This document shows positions 50,088 through 58,850 of a DNA stretch of 64,000 nt, one piece after another. The stretch covers positions 6,321 through 70,320 of the forward strand of contig JBGQFD010000004.1 of the NCBI GenBank assembly GCA_041496705.1. The letters run 5' to 3'. Origin of the DNA: Gammaproteobacteria bacterium. GTDB taxonomy: Bacteria; Pseudomonadota; Gammaproteobacteria; Burkholderiales; SG8-39. Numbering within the stretch: position 1 is the first letter of the stretch; every line of letters starts with the position of its first letter. A program made the position numbers and the translations under genes. The notes beneath the pieces are model-generated. The model worked only from the letters and a program-made list of their open reading frames with translations, did no database searches and had not been told where the DNA came from.

Positions 50088-52814
50088 CTAGACGACGCCG
50101 CGACGCGCGGCCAGGTCGAGCGTGGCGCGCCTCATGACTGCATCGTCCGGATGATCCGAAATCTCAAATCCGAGTTTCTTGCACAAGCCGAGCATCGCCT
50201 GGTTTCCCGCGAGGACATGGCCCACCATCGTGCGCAGCCCGCGCCAGCGCGCGACTTCGATCAGGCGCTCGAGCATGCGCCGCCCCAGGCCCTTGCACTG
50301 CCAGGCGTCCGCGACCACGACGGCGAATTCGCAGGTCTGCCAGTCCGGGTTCGTGGCGTAACGGGCAACTGCGATCTCCACCTCGCGTCCGCCTTCCTCG
50401 CGCACCGCGACGAAAGCCATGTCGCGGTCGTAGTCGATCTGCGTGAAGCGCGCGAGCATCGCCGGGGTGAGCTCGCGCACCGTGTTCATGAAGCGGAAGT
50501 ATCGGCTGTTCTCCGACAAGCTTCGAACGAACTCCTGCTCCAGGTCGGCGTCCTCTGGTCGGATCGGGCGCAGCAGGACGGAGCTGCCGTCGGCGAGGGG
50601 CCAGGTCGTCACCAGGTCCTCCGGATAGGGATGGATCGCCAGGTGGGTATAGCGGCTGCGCATCGGCCGCGGGTCGCGCACGACGATGCGTGCGTCGACG
50701 GCCACTGCGCCATTTTCGTCGACGATCAGGGGATTGATGTCGAGCGCCTCGATCCCGGGAAGCTCGCAGACGATTTCCGAGACGCGCAGCAGCACCGATT
50801 CCAGGGCCTGCATGTCGACGGCAGGCAGGTTGCGGAATGCGCCCAGCAGCCGCGAGACGCGTGTGTTTTGCACCAGGTCGGCCACGAGGAACGCGTTCAG
50901 CGGCGGCAGGGCTACGGCGCGGTCGCGGTGCACTTCCACCGCCGTGCCGCCCGCGCCGAAGCTGATCGCCGGGCCGAACACGCTATCGCGTATGACGCCG
51001 ATCATGAGCTCGCGCCCGTTCGGGCGCACGATCATAGGTTCGATGGTGACGCCGTTCAAGCGCGCGCCGGGCTGCTTGCGGCCGACGGCCTCGAGCATTT
51101 CCTGATAGGCCGAGCGCACCGCGGCGGCGTCGTTCAGGTTGAGGCGCACGCCGCCGACGTCGCTCTTGTGGGTGATGTCGGGCGAGTCGATCTTCATGGC
51201 GACCGGAAAGCCGATCTCCTGCGCCATCAGCATCGTCTCGTGCGGTGAGCGCGCGAGGACCGTGCGCGCGATCGGGATGTGGAACGCCGCGAGCAAGGCC
51301 TTGGACTCGGTTTCGCTCAGGAGATTGCGCCGTTCCGAGAGCACCGCGTCGATGACGAGCTGCGCTCCCTCCCGGTCCGGGGGGGCGTGGTGTGCCAGCG
51401 GCCCCGGGGTCTGCAGCAAGGCCCGCTGGTTGCGGTAGAACGCGGCGAGGTGGGCGAACATCTCCACCGCCGGATCGGGCGTACGAAAGACGGGAATGCG
51501 GGCCTCCTGCAGGAGCTTCCTGCCGACCCCGACGCTCGCCTCGCCCATCCAGCAGGCGATCATCGGCTTGGACGCTTCGCGCGCCGTTTCCGCGACCACG
51601 CGCGCAATCTCTCCGGCATCGGTCATCGCTTGCGGGGTCAGTATAGCGAGCACGCCGTCGACGCCGTCGTCGGCGAGGCAGGCGGACACGGCGGCCCGGT
51701 AGCGGGCGCTGTCGGCGTCGCCAATGAGGTCAATGGGATTGCCGTGCGACCAGTTGGCGGGCAGGGCGTGCCGCAGGGATTCGATCGTCGCAGGGGAAAG
51801 TTCGGCAAGCGCAAGCCCGAGGTCGGCGGCGCGGTCGGCGGCCATCACGCCTGGGCCGCCGCCGTTGGTGATCACCGCGAGCCGGTTGCCGCGGGGCCGG
51901 ATGCGCGAGGCGAGCGCCTGCGCCGCCGCCACCAGCTGTCCTATCGTGGTGACGCGCACCACCCCGGCGCGCCTCACCGCCGCATCGAACACGTCGTCGG
52001 CCCCGACGATCGCCCCGGTGTGCGAGACTGCGGCGCGCGATCCCGCCGGATGCCTGCCAACCTTCATGACGATCACCGGCTTGACGCGCGCTGCCGCGCG
52101 CAGGCTCGAGAGGAATCTCCGCGCGTCGCGTATTCCCTCGATGTACAGGAGAATGTGCTCGGTCTTCGCGTCGTTCGCCAGATAGTCGATGATCTCGCCG
52201 AAGTCGATGTCACCCGAGCTCCCTAGCGACACCACGCTGGAGAATCCGATCGCGTTGGGCGCCGCCCAGTCGAGCATCGCCGCGCATACCGCTCCGGACT
52301 GGGAGACGAGGCCGAGCGATCCCGCGCGCGCGGACCCGCGCGCGAAAGTCGCGTTCAGGCCGATCTCGGGCCGCAGGATGCCCAGACAATTCGGGCCGAC
52401 GAGCCGCAGGCCGTGGCGCCGCGCGTTGTCGAGCAGGGCGCGCTCAAGCTTGGCGCCCTCGGGTCCGGCCTCGCCGAAGCCGGCGGTAATCACCACCGCG
52501 GCGCGCACTCCGGCGCGCCCGCATTCCTCGATGATTCCGGGCACGGTACGCGCGGGCGTGGCTATGACCGCGAGATCGACCGGTTTTGGCAGCGCGTTGA
52601 CCGAGGCGTAGCACGGAACACCGCGTACCTTGGCGTACTTCGGGTTCACTGCATAGAGCGCTCCCCGGAAGCCCGAGGCGAGCATGTTGGCAATGAGGAC
52701 CGTGCCGACCTTGCCTTCGGTTTCGCTCGCGCCGACGATCGCGACCGACGCCGGCTCGAAGAGCGGCGTGAGGTAATGGTGATTCGAGGTGTCTTTCGCG
52801 ACGTCCGCGTTCAT
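50088..52814 (-). CDS. Pat-type bifunctional protein: ADP-forming acetyl-CoA synthetase-like domains plus C-terminal GNAT acetyltransferase
   Basis: Start set to ATG 52814 (MNADVAKDTSNHHYLTPLFEPASVAIVGASETEGKVG...). CoA-binding, succinyl-CoA-synthetase-like and ATP-grasp regions. C-terminal GNAT motif (QCKGLGRRMLERLIEVAR). Confidence 0.85.
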   Translation of the reverse strand: MNADVAKDTSNHHYLTPLFEPASVAIVGASETEGKVGTVLIANMLASGFRGALYAVNPKYAKVRGVPCYASVNALPKPVDLAVIATPARTVPGIIEECGRAGVRAAVVITAGFGEAGPEGAKLERALLDNARRHGLRLVGPNCLGILRPEIGLNATFARGSARAGSLGLVSQSGAVCAAMLDWAAPNAIGFSSVVSLGSSGDIDFGEIIDYLANDAKTEHILLYIEGIRDARRFLSSLRAAARVKPVIVMKVGRHPAGSRAAVSHTGAIVGADDVFDAAVRRAGVVRVTTIGQLVAAAQALASRIRPRGNRLAVITNGGGPGVMAADRAADLGLALAELSPATIESLRHALPANWSHGNPIDLIGDADSARYRAAVSACLADDGVDGVLAILTPQAMTDAGEIARVVAETAREASKPMIACWMGEASVGVGRKLLQEARIPVFRTPDPAVEMFAHLAAFYRNQRALLQTPGPLAHHAPPDREGAQLVIDAVLSERRNLLSETESKALLAAFHIPIARTVLARSPHETMLMAQEIGFPVAMKIDSPDITHKSDVGGVRLNLNDAAAVRSAYQEMLEAVGRKQPGARLNGVTIEPMIVRPNGRELMIGVIRDSVFGPAISFGAGGTAVEVHRDRAVALPPLNAFLVADLVQNTRVSRLLGAFRNLPAVDMQALESVLLRVSEIVCELPGIEALDINPLIVDENGAVAVDARIVVRDPRPMRSRYTHLAIHPYPEDLVTTWPLADGSSVLLRPIRPEDADLEQEFVRSLSENSRYFRFMNTVRELTPAMLARFTQIDYDRDMAFVAVREEGGREVEIAVARYATNPDWQTCEFAVVVADAWQCKGLGRRMLERLIEVARWRGLRTMVGHVLAGNQAMLGLCKKLGFEISDHPDDAVMRRATLDLAARRGVV

Positions 52815-55345
52815 GAGGTTTCCGCGCGACGATATCTTGCCGCGTACAATTTCCACAACTCGCTCCCTAGTATGCCTGCGATCCCGACGGCGAGGGCGAT
52901 TCCGACATCGACTGCACCGAGCGGAGCGAACCGGAACACGGCGGCCACCGCAGGCGCATAGAGAGTGAGGGCGAGCGCGGCAACCGCACCGATGGTCATC
53001 CACCACAGCATCGGATTGGACCGGCCGAGCGTGACGAGGATCGGCTGGGATTGCGAGCGATTGGCGAAGATCAGGGCCAGGTTGCCGAACAGGATTGCCG
53101 CGAAGCCGAGCGAGCGCACCTCCTCGTCGGTCCGTCCCGCCGAAATGGCCCATCCGTAGAGAAGCACGACGGCGATGAGCGCCGTCGCCCCGAGGGCAAG
53201 GCTCCCTGCGAGCATCGTGCCGCTGAAGAGCGGCTGGCGCGGATCACGCGGGGGTCGCCGCATCGCTTCGCGGTCCCCGGCTTCCGCCTCGAATACCACC
53301 GAGCAGGCGGGATCGATCAGGAATTCCAGAAACACGACGTGCACGGGATAGATCATGACCGGCCCAGCCATCGCGAGCGGCAGGAAAGCCATGCCCGCGA
53401 TCGGCACGTGCACCGAAAGCAGGTAGCACATTGCGTTGCGGATATTGTCGTAGATGCGCCGTCCGAGCCGTACCGTGTCCACGACCGCACCGAATTCGTC
53501 GCGCAACAAAACGAGCGAAGCCGCTTCGCGTGCCACATCGGTGCCCCGGCTTCCCATGGCCACGCCGATGTGCGCCGCGCGCAGGGCCGGAGCGTCGTTC
53601 ACGCCGTCGCCGGTCATGGCGACGACTTCCCCCGACGCTTTCAGCGCCGTGACCAGACGCAGCTTCTGTTCGGGCAGCACGCGGGCGAATACATCGACTC
53701 GTCGCACCGCCAGCGCCAGCTCGGCGTCGGCCAGCGTTTCCAGTTCCGCGCCGGTCAGCATTCCGCCTTCGGTGCGGATGCCGGCTTCGCGGGCGATGGC
53801 GAGTGCCGTTCCGCCATGGTCCCCGGTGATCATGACGACCCTGATGCCCGCGCGCCGGCACTCCGCGACGGCGGCCGGCACCACAGGCCGCAGCGGATCG
53901 GCGAGAGCGACGAAACCGAGCCAGCGAAACGCAAAGGCGCGAGGGTCCGCCGGCCACGCCTTCTCGTCCCACTGCGCGCAGGCCACGCCCAGAACCCGCA
54001 TCCCGCGCGCCGCGGCAAGGCCCGCCTGCGCGAGCAGCTCTTGACCCCTCGTCGCATCGATCCTGCAGGCGGCGACAATCGTCTCGGGCGCACCCTTGAG
54101 CGCGACCACCGCGCGGCCTTCGGCATCCCGCCACGCGTGGCAGACCGCGAGGAAAGCTTCGTTCAGCGAGTAATCGCGGTCGAGCCGCCAGGCGGCCCGC
54201 CAGGCGTCGGCTTCTGGCGCGTGGCGCGATGCAGCCGCGAGAACCGCGTTCTCCATCGGATCGAAGGGCGCGAGCTCGCTCGCCAGCGCGGCGTGGGAAA
54301 GAACCTCGCGGGCCCCGCGGGAGAGCGGTGTGTCGGGTGCGGGGCTGATCCAGCCTTCAGCGGCGAAAATCTCTTTCACCGCCATGCGGTTCTCGGTGAG
54401 CGTTCCGGTCTTGTCCACGCACAGGACGGTCGCCGCGCCGAGCATCTCGATCGCCGGCATGCGCCGGGTCAGCACGCCGCGGCGCGCGATTCGCCAGGCC
54501 CCGAGCGCAAGAAACACGGTCAGGACCACCGGGAATTCCTCGGGGATGATCGCCATCGCGAGCGTCAGCCCGGCGAGAACGCTCTCGACCCAGCCGTGGT
54601 CCAGCGCGAGGTGAAACAAGGCGACGAGCGCGCTCAAGGCCACGGCAAACGCAGCCACGACCCTGACGATCTTCGCCGTTTCACGCTCGAGCATGGTTCT
54701 CTCGGGTTCGATCTCGCCCAGCGCGCGGCCGATCCTGCCGAGCTCGCTGCGCGCGCCGGTGGCCACGACCTCGGCATAGCCGTGCCCCTTGACGACCAGC
54801 GTGCCGGAAAACACTTTGCCCGCCTGTGCCGATGCGTCTCCGACTGTCAGGCGTTTCTCCGCGGCAAGCGATTCGCCGGTGAGCAAGGACTCGTCCACCA
54901 TCAGGTTGCTGGTCGCGAACAGGTCCGCGTCGGCTGCGACGCGATCGCCTTCGGAGAGAACCAGCACGTCGCCGCGCACCACGTCCGTCCCCGCGATGCG
55001 GCTCTGGCGGCCGTCGCGAACCACCAGAGCGCGCGGGCTCGACAGATCGCGCAGCGCTTCGAGCGCGCGCTCGGTCCTGTGTCTCTGCACCACGGTTATC
55101 CCGATGACGACCAGAAGCGAAGCGCCGAGAATCAGGGCTTCGATGACATCGCCGATCAGCAGATAAATTCCGGTTGCGGCGCACAGCAGGAGGAACATCG
55201 GCTCGCTCAGCACCTCGAGCACGAGGTCCGCCAGGCCCGCGCGCTTTGCGGCGGGCAGGGTGTTCGGGCCTTCTTTTGCACGACGTCGAGAGGCTTCGGC
55301 GGCTGACAGGCCTCGCAAACGCGTCGATGGCAAGGGTTCTATCAA
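52811..55345 (-). CDS. Cation-transporting P-type ATPase (P2/Ca2+-type-like)
   Basis: GLSAAEASRRRAKEGPN, TGES, phosphorylation site CVDKTGTLTEN, MTGDGVNDAPAL. TTG start. The stop overlaps the Pat start (ATGA). Confidence 0.88.
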   Translation of the reverse strand: MIEPLPSTRLRGLSAAEASRRRAKEGPNTLPAAKRAGLADLVLEVLSEPMFLLLCAATGIYLLIGDVIEALILGASLLVVIGITVVQRHRTERALEALRDLSSPRALVVRDGRQSRIAGTDVVRGDVLVLSEGDRVAADADLFATSNLMVDESLLTGESLAAEKRLTVGDASAQAGKVFSGTLVVKGHGYAEVVATGARSELGRIGRALGEIEPERTMLERETAKIVRVVAAFAVALSALVALFHLALDHGWVESVLAGLTLAMAIIPEEFPVVLTVFLALGAWRIARRGVLTRRMPAIEMLGAATVLCVDKTGTLTENRMAVKEIFAAEGWISPAPDTPLSRGAREVLSHAALASELAPFDPMENAVLAAASRHAPEADAWRAAWRLDRDYSLNEAFLAVCHAWRDAEGRAVVALKGAPETIVAACRIDATRGQELLAQAGLAAARGMRVLGVACAQWDEKAWPADPRAFAFRWLGFVALADPLRPVVPAAVAECRRAGIRVVMITGDHGGTALAIAREAGIRTEGGMLTGAELETLADAELALAVRRVDVFARVLPEQKLRLVTALKASGEVVAMTGDGVNDAPALRAAHIGVAMGSRGTDVAREAASLVLLRDEFGAVVDTVRLGRRIYDNIRNAMCYLLSVHVPIAGMAFLPLAMAGPVMIYPVHVVFLEFLIDPACSVVFEAEAGDREAMRRPPRDPRQPLFSGTMLAGSLALGATALIAVVLLYGWAISAGRTDEEVRSLGFAAILFGNLALIFANRSQSQPILVTLGRSNPMLWWMTIGAVAALALTLYAPAVAAVFRFAPLGAVDVGIALAVGIAGILGSELWKLYAARYRRAETS

Positions 55346-55409
55346 GCGGATGGTGATGAAACGGCGGTGGGATTCGGAATCAAGGTTGAACGCGCCGCCG
55401 CGCCGGGTG

Positions 55410-55423
55410 TTGACCTAAGTCAA
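55410..55423. promoter_or_regulatory. FNR-type box TTGACctaaGTCAA upstream of the P-type ATPase-Pat operon
   Basis: Read directly. Centre is about 71 nt upstream of the start at 55345. Confidence 0.7.
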
Positions 55424-55709
55424 GAGCGCCTGCTATCGGCACTCCCGGGCGGACCTGCGGTCGGGTCGATCGAAACGCGCGTCTAGCGGATTTCTCGCCG
55501 GCGGAGAAAGCGGCGCAACCTCAGGGTGAATTGAGATCCGGCTTCAGGTTCATGCGGCGTTCGGGTGACGCGCTTCTCCGTCGCCGGCCGATCGCTGCGG
55601 CTTCCTAAGGCGTGTTCCGGTAGTTCTGCGCGAGTATAGGTCACGATGGCGTCGACGTCTTCCTTGGCGATCGGCGCGCCGGCGCGGCAGCCTCGGGCAC
55701 CGCCGCTTC

Positions 55710-56816
55710 CTATTCGGGTCGTCGGGAATCGTCGAAGTTCCTGTCCAGGGCTTTGATGGAGTCCATCAGGAGCTGCACGGCGTACTTGGTGTTGTGGATG
55801 CCCTTGCTGCCGTCCTCGAGAACGAATTTGTAGTTGTACAGGGCGCCGACGACTTCGATCGGGTACTGCACCTTGTTGCGGATGAAGGCTCCCTTGGAAT
55901 CGTAGAGCGGGTCCTTCATGGTCTGCAGCAGCCCCGTGCCCTGCTTGTTGATGATCTTCTCTAGCAGCCCCTGGACTTCCTCCTGGATGGCTTCGACCTT
56001 GCCGTCACCGTCGAAGTCCGCGGCGGCAGCCCTGTCGAAGACGTGTTTCCCCGCGGCTTGCTTCATCTCGGTATGACAGCCGGAATTCAGGCAGCCTGCG
56101 TTGTTCAGCTTGGGCAGCTCGTGAACCTCGCCGCCGATCCTGAAGCTGTGACCGCCGATCGTGGGCAACAGCGCGTAGCGCTGCCTCGGCTGGGTCATGT
56201 GGCAAGTGACGCAATCTGCACTCGGCAGCATGGCGTGGGCGGAGCTGGAATATTTCTTCCCCGGGAATTCGTAGGCGTTGGTTCCGGAAAGCATGTCCGC
56301 GTGAGGACCGTGATGGGCTCCCCAGAAGTCGAACGGGATCGATCGTGCCTTCACCTCGTCTTTGGGAAGGAACAGGGCCCGATGGCAGTTGGCGCAGAGA
56401 TTGCCCTTGCCCCTGTCGAACTCGACGCCGTTCGCAAGGGCAAGCTTGCTTGTCTTGCGCAACGAGAAATTCCCGGTGTCGTGGGGAGCGTGGCAGGTGA
56501 AGCAGCCGATTTCGGACGGGTTGGACACGATCGCCTTCGGATCGACCTTGCCCGTCTTCACGAACTCGATAAAGCCCTCGTTCGTGTGGCACCTCTGGCA
56601 GCCTTCGCTGTTCGAATAGGACGCATGGCCTGTGGTGCGGTGGCCGGAGGTCAGGTATTGCGTGCGGGCACCGCGAACGGCGAACTTAGGCTCCGAGCCG
56701 TGGCAATCGACGCACCCCTTGGGAAACGCAATCGCCTTGGTCTGCGAGTAGGCAGAAAGCGGAAGCAACAAGCTGAAGAAAGCCAGCAAACCGAAACGTT
56801 TCTGCAGAGCGGTCAT
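55710..56816 (-). CDS. Exported six-haem c-type cytochrome, family unassigned
   Basis: Sec signal MTALQKRFGLLAFFSLLLPLSAYS. CVDCH, CQRCH, CFTCH, CANCH, CVTCH plus CLNSGCH (CxxxxCH). No CxxCK. AGGGAG RBS. Confidence 0.85.
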   Translation of the reverse strand: MTALQKRFGLLAFFSLLLPLSAYSQTKAIAFPKGCVDCHGSEPKFAVRGARTQYLTSGHRTTGHASYSNSEGCQRCHTNEGFIEFVKTGKVDPKAIVSNPSEIGCFTCHAPHDTGNFSLRKTSKLALANGVEFDRGKGNLCANCHRALFLPKDEVKARSIPFDFWGAHHGPHADMLSGTNAYEFPGKKYSSSAHAMLPSADCVTCHMTQPRQRYALLPTIGGHSFRIGGEVHELPKLNNAGCLNSGCHTEMKQAAGKHVFDRAAAADFDGDGKVEAIQEEVQGLLEKIINKQGTGLLQTMKDPLYDSKGAFIRNKVQYPIEVVGALYNYKFVLEDGSKGIHNTKYAVQLLMDSIKALDRNFDDSRRPE

Positions 56817-56839
56817 GGATCACTCCCTGATTGTGAAGG

Positions 56840-56926
56840 CTACTGCTTGAGGATTGCTCGTCCGACGCCTCGATCTTCGGGTGTCCCTTGGCACGCCGCA
56901 ATCAGGGCCATTGCGATGTTCAGCAT
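56840..56926 (-). CDS. Possible 28-codon lipoprotein-like micro-ORF between the two cytochrome genes
   Basis: AGGAGAA overlaps the napC-like stop, 7-nt spacer, then ATG. MLNIAMALIAACQGTPEDRGVGRAILKQ with lipobox-like LIAAC. Third-position GC is lower than in neighbouring genes. Confidence 0.35.
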   Translation of the reverse strand: MLNIAMALIAACQGTPEDRGVGRAILKQ

Positions 56927-56930
56927 TATT

Positions 56931-57542
56931 CTATTCTCCTGCGGCGCCAGCGGGTACTTGACCGGGTGCGCGGTGCCCAACCCCCTTGTGACAATCGATG
57001 CAGACCTGTCCGCCGGCGAGCGCACTGTCGTGCATCCGGGCAACATCGGGCTTGTCCTTGTTTGCCATGGACTCCGGACGATGGCAATTCACGCATTCTC
57101 GCGCGCCGTTGCCGCGCAGTCGATTCCATTCTTTCTCGTCCATGGCCTTGCGGTGTGCTTCGTACTTTTCGCGCGTATTGATGACGCCGGTGAGATGGCC
57201 CCAGATTTCCTTTACGGACTTGCCGGTGCGCGCTATCTTTGGCCAGAACTCGCGCGGCACATGGCAATCCGAGCAACCCGTAACGATTCCTGCGCGATTG
57301 TCATGGTGCACCGACTCCCGCCAGTCCTTTGCCGCGTCATTCGCGTGGCAGCTGCTGCAAAATGCATTGGTGCCTATGGCGTCCAAGGCGTATTGGAATC
57401 CGACCGTGACAACCGAACCGAGCACTAATCCCGCGGCGAGGAGCGTGAACAGCGAGTAGCGGAGGCTCGGTGCAAACAGCAGCTTGCGGCAGCGTGACCA
57501 GAACCCCGAGTGCGCGTCGGGATTTTTCTGCGATTCGGGCAC
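56931..57542 (-). CDS. NapC/NirT-family membrane tetrahaem cytochrome c (quinol dehydrogenase)
   Basis: Start set to GTG 57542 after GAGGGAGA. TM LFTLLAAGLVLGSVVTVGF. CSSCH, CSDCH, CVNCH, CIDCH. Confidence 0.85.
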   Translation of the reverse strand: MPESQKNPDAHSGFWSRCRKLLFAPSLRYSLFTLLAAGLVLGSVVTVGFQYALDAIGTNAFCSSCHANDAAKDWRESVHHDNRAGIVTGCSDCHVPREFWPKIARTGKSVKEIWGHLTGVINTREKYEAHRKAMDEKEWNRLRGNGARECVNCHRPESMANKDKPDVARMHDSALAGGQVCIDCHKGVGHRAPGQVPAGAAGE

Positions 57543-57576
57543 CGGGTCTCCCTCAGGGGGGCACGTGGCGAAAGAC

Positions 57577-57596
57577 GGTCCATGATAGCGTGGACC
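57577..57596. promoter_or_regulatory. Inverted repeat GGTCCA-N8-TGGACC in the cytochrome / menA-like divergent region
   Basis: Read directly: acGGTCCAtgatagcgTGGACCtg. Confidence 0.4.
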
Positions 57597-57686
57597 TGCG
57601 GCATGCGAAAAGGGCGCGGAAGGCGCCTGCGGGTTAAAGTAGCAAGCCTTACGGACTGCGCCATCGACGGCGGAGGAAGAGCCAGC

Positions 57687-58640
57687 ATGGCCGAAGCGCA
57701 AGCCTTGTCACGGCGAGAGGTGTGGAGGCGAAAGCTTCTTTACCCCGGGCACACCTTGCCGACGGCGGCGGCGCCCGTTCTGGTATCCGTCGGCTTGGCG
57801 GTCCACTATCATGTTTTCGCTGCTCTGCCGGTTTTCCTCGCCTTCCTTGCCGGTTGGCTGATACAGCTCGGCGGGGTCCTGACGGACAACTATGTAAACC
57901 TGGTGCAGCAGCCCGATGACCGGGAGCATCCCGAACTGGTGCAAGCCTTGAAGCTCGGCACGCTCTCGCTCCGCGAACTGAAAGCGGCGATCTCCGCCTG
58001 CTATGCGCTCGCCCTGCTCGCCGGGGCTTACCTCCTCTGCACCGCGGGTCTCATGGTGCTGCTGATCGGGCTCTGCAGCATCGCGGCGAGCTGGGCCTAC
58101 TCGGCCGGTCCCTGGCCGATCGGCAGACACGGGCTGGCCGATCCGCTGTTCTTCGTTTTCTTCGGCATCGTTTCCGTCATCGGTGGCTACTATGTTCAGG
58201 CGGCGCCGGCGGCCGGCGCCGTCCCCGGGTCTTGGTTCGTGCGCGACGCGCTGCCGGCAAGCGCCTTCGCGCTCGGCCTGCCGATCGGCGCCTTGACGAC
58301 GAACATCCTCGTCATTGACGACATCCGCGACCGGGAGTACGACGCCGTGAAAGGCAAGCGCACGGTGGCGGTGCGCTTCGGCAAGGAATGGAGTCGCGCG
58401 GAATTTTGCGCACTGCTGATGCTCTCGTACCTCGCACCTTTCTGGTTCTGGCAGGGGTTCGGATTCAGCGCCTGGATCCTGTTGCCGCTGCTCACCGTTC
58501 CCCACGCTTGGGCCGCGGCGCGCGCTGTGTTGACTTTGGACCAGTTCAAAGACCTCGTGCCGATCACCCCGCAGACCGGGCGGCTGTTGCTCGGGTACGC
58601 CGTGCTCCTTGCAATCGGTGCCGCGGCGCCGTTGAGCTAA
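57687..58640 (+). CDS. UbiA-superfamily prenyltransferase, MenA (1,4-dihydroxy-2-naphthoate prenyltransferase)-like
   Basis: ATG 57687 after GGAGGAAGA. About 8-9 TM segments; Asp-rich LTDNYVNL and VIDDIRDREYD motifs; KRTVAVRFG as in MenA-type enzymes. Confidence 0.7.
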   Translation: MAEAQALSRREVWRRKLLYPGHTLPTAAAPVLVSVGLAVHYHVFAALPVFLAFLAGWLIQLGGVLTDNYVNLVQQPDDREHPELVQALKLGTLSLRELKAAISACYALALLAGAYLLCTAGLMVLLIGLCSIAASWAYSAGPWPIGRHGLADPLFFVFFGIVSVIGGYYVQAAPAAGAVPGSWFVRDALPASAFALGLPIGALTTNILVIDDIRDREYDAVKGKRTVAVRFGKEWSRAEFCALLMLSYLAPFWFWQGFGFSAWILLPLLTVPHAWAAARAVLTLDQFKDLVPITPQTGRLLLGYAVLLAIGAAAPLS

Positions 58641-58771
58641 TGGTGGATTTATCGAGCAAGCTCTTCTAGCCGATTCAGATCGGTCCGAACCGGCTCGCCA
58701 ACAGAACGGTCATGGCGCCCACCGCCACTCCGGTGAAACAGCGATTTCCGACCTGAGCACGAGCCTCAAAC

Positions 58772-58785
58772 TTGACTTAGATCAA
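58772..58785. promoter_or_regulatory. FNR-type box TTGACttagATCAA upstream of usp-hpf-Zn ribbon-mgtA
   Basis: Read directly. Centre is about 72 nt upstream of ATG 58851. Confidence 0.72.
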
Positions 58786-58850
58786 CAGGCGGGACCGATC
58801 CAGCGATTACTTTCGAGGCGTCGAGTGAAGAAACCGCCTGGAGGTGCCCA

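Noticed and set aside
53051-55306. 751-aa plus-strand ORF opposite the P-type ATPase, and the similar 60214..62106 minus ORF opposite mgtA
   Set aside because: Both are antisense shadows of P-type ATPase genes that carry all canonical motifs on the other strand.
55600-55709. Minus-strand reading ...GAPIAKEDVDAIVTYTRAELPEHA downstream of the six-haem gene, reminiscent of the C-terminus of class I cytochromes c
   Set aside because: There is no start codon, no CxxCH, and no stop directly after the motif in that frame. The stretch is too short to separate a relic from chance.
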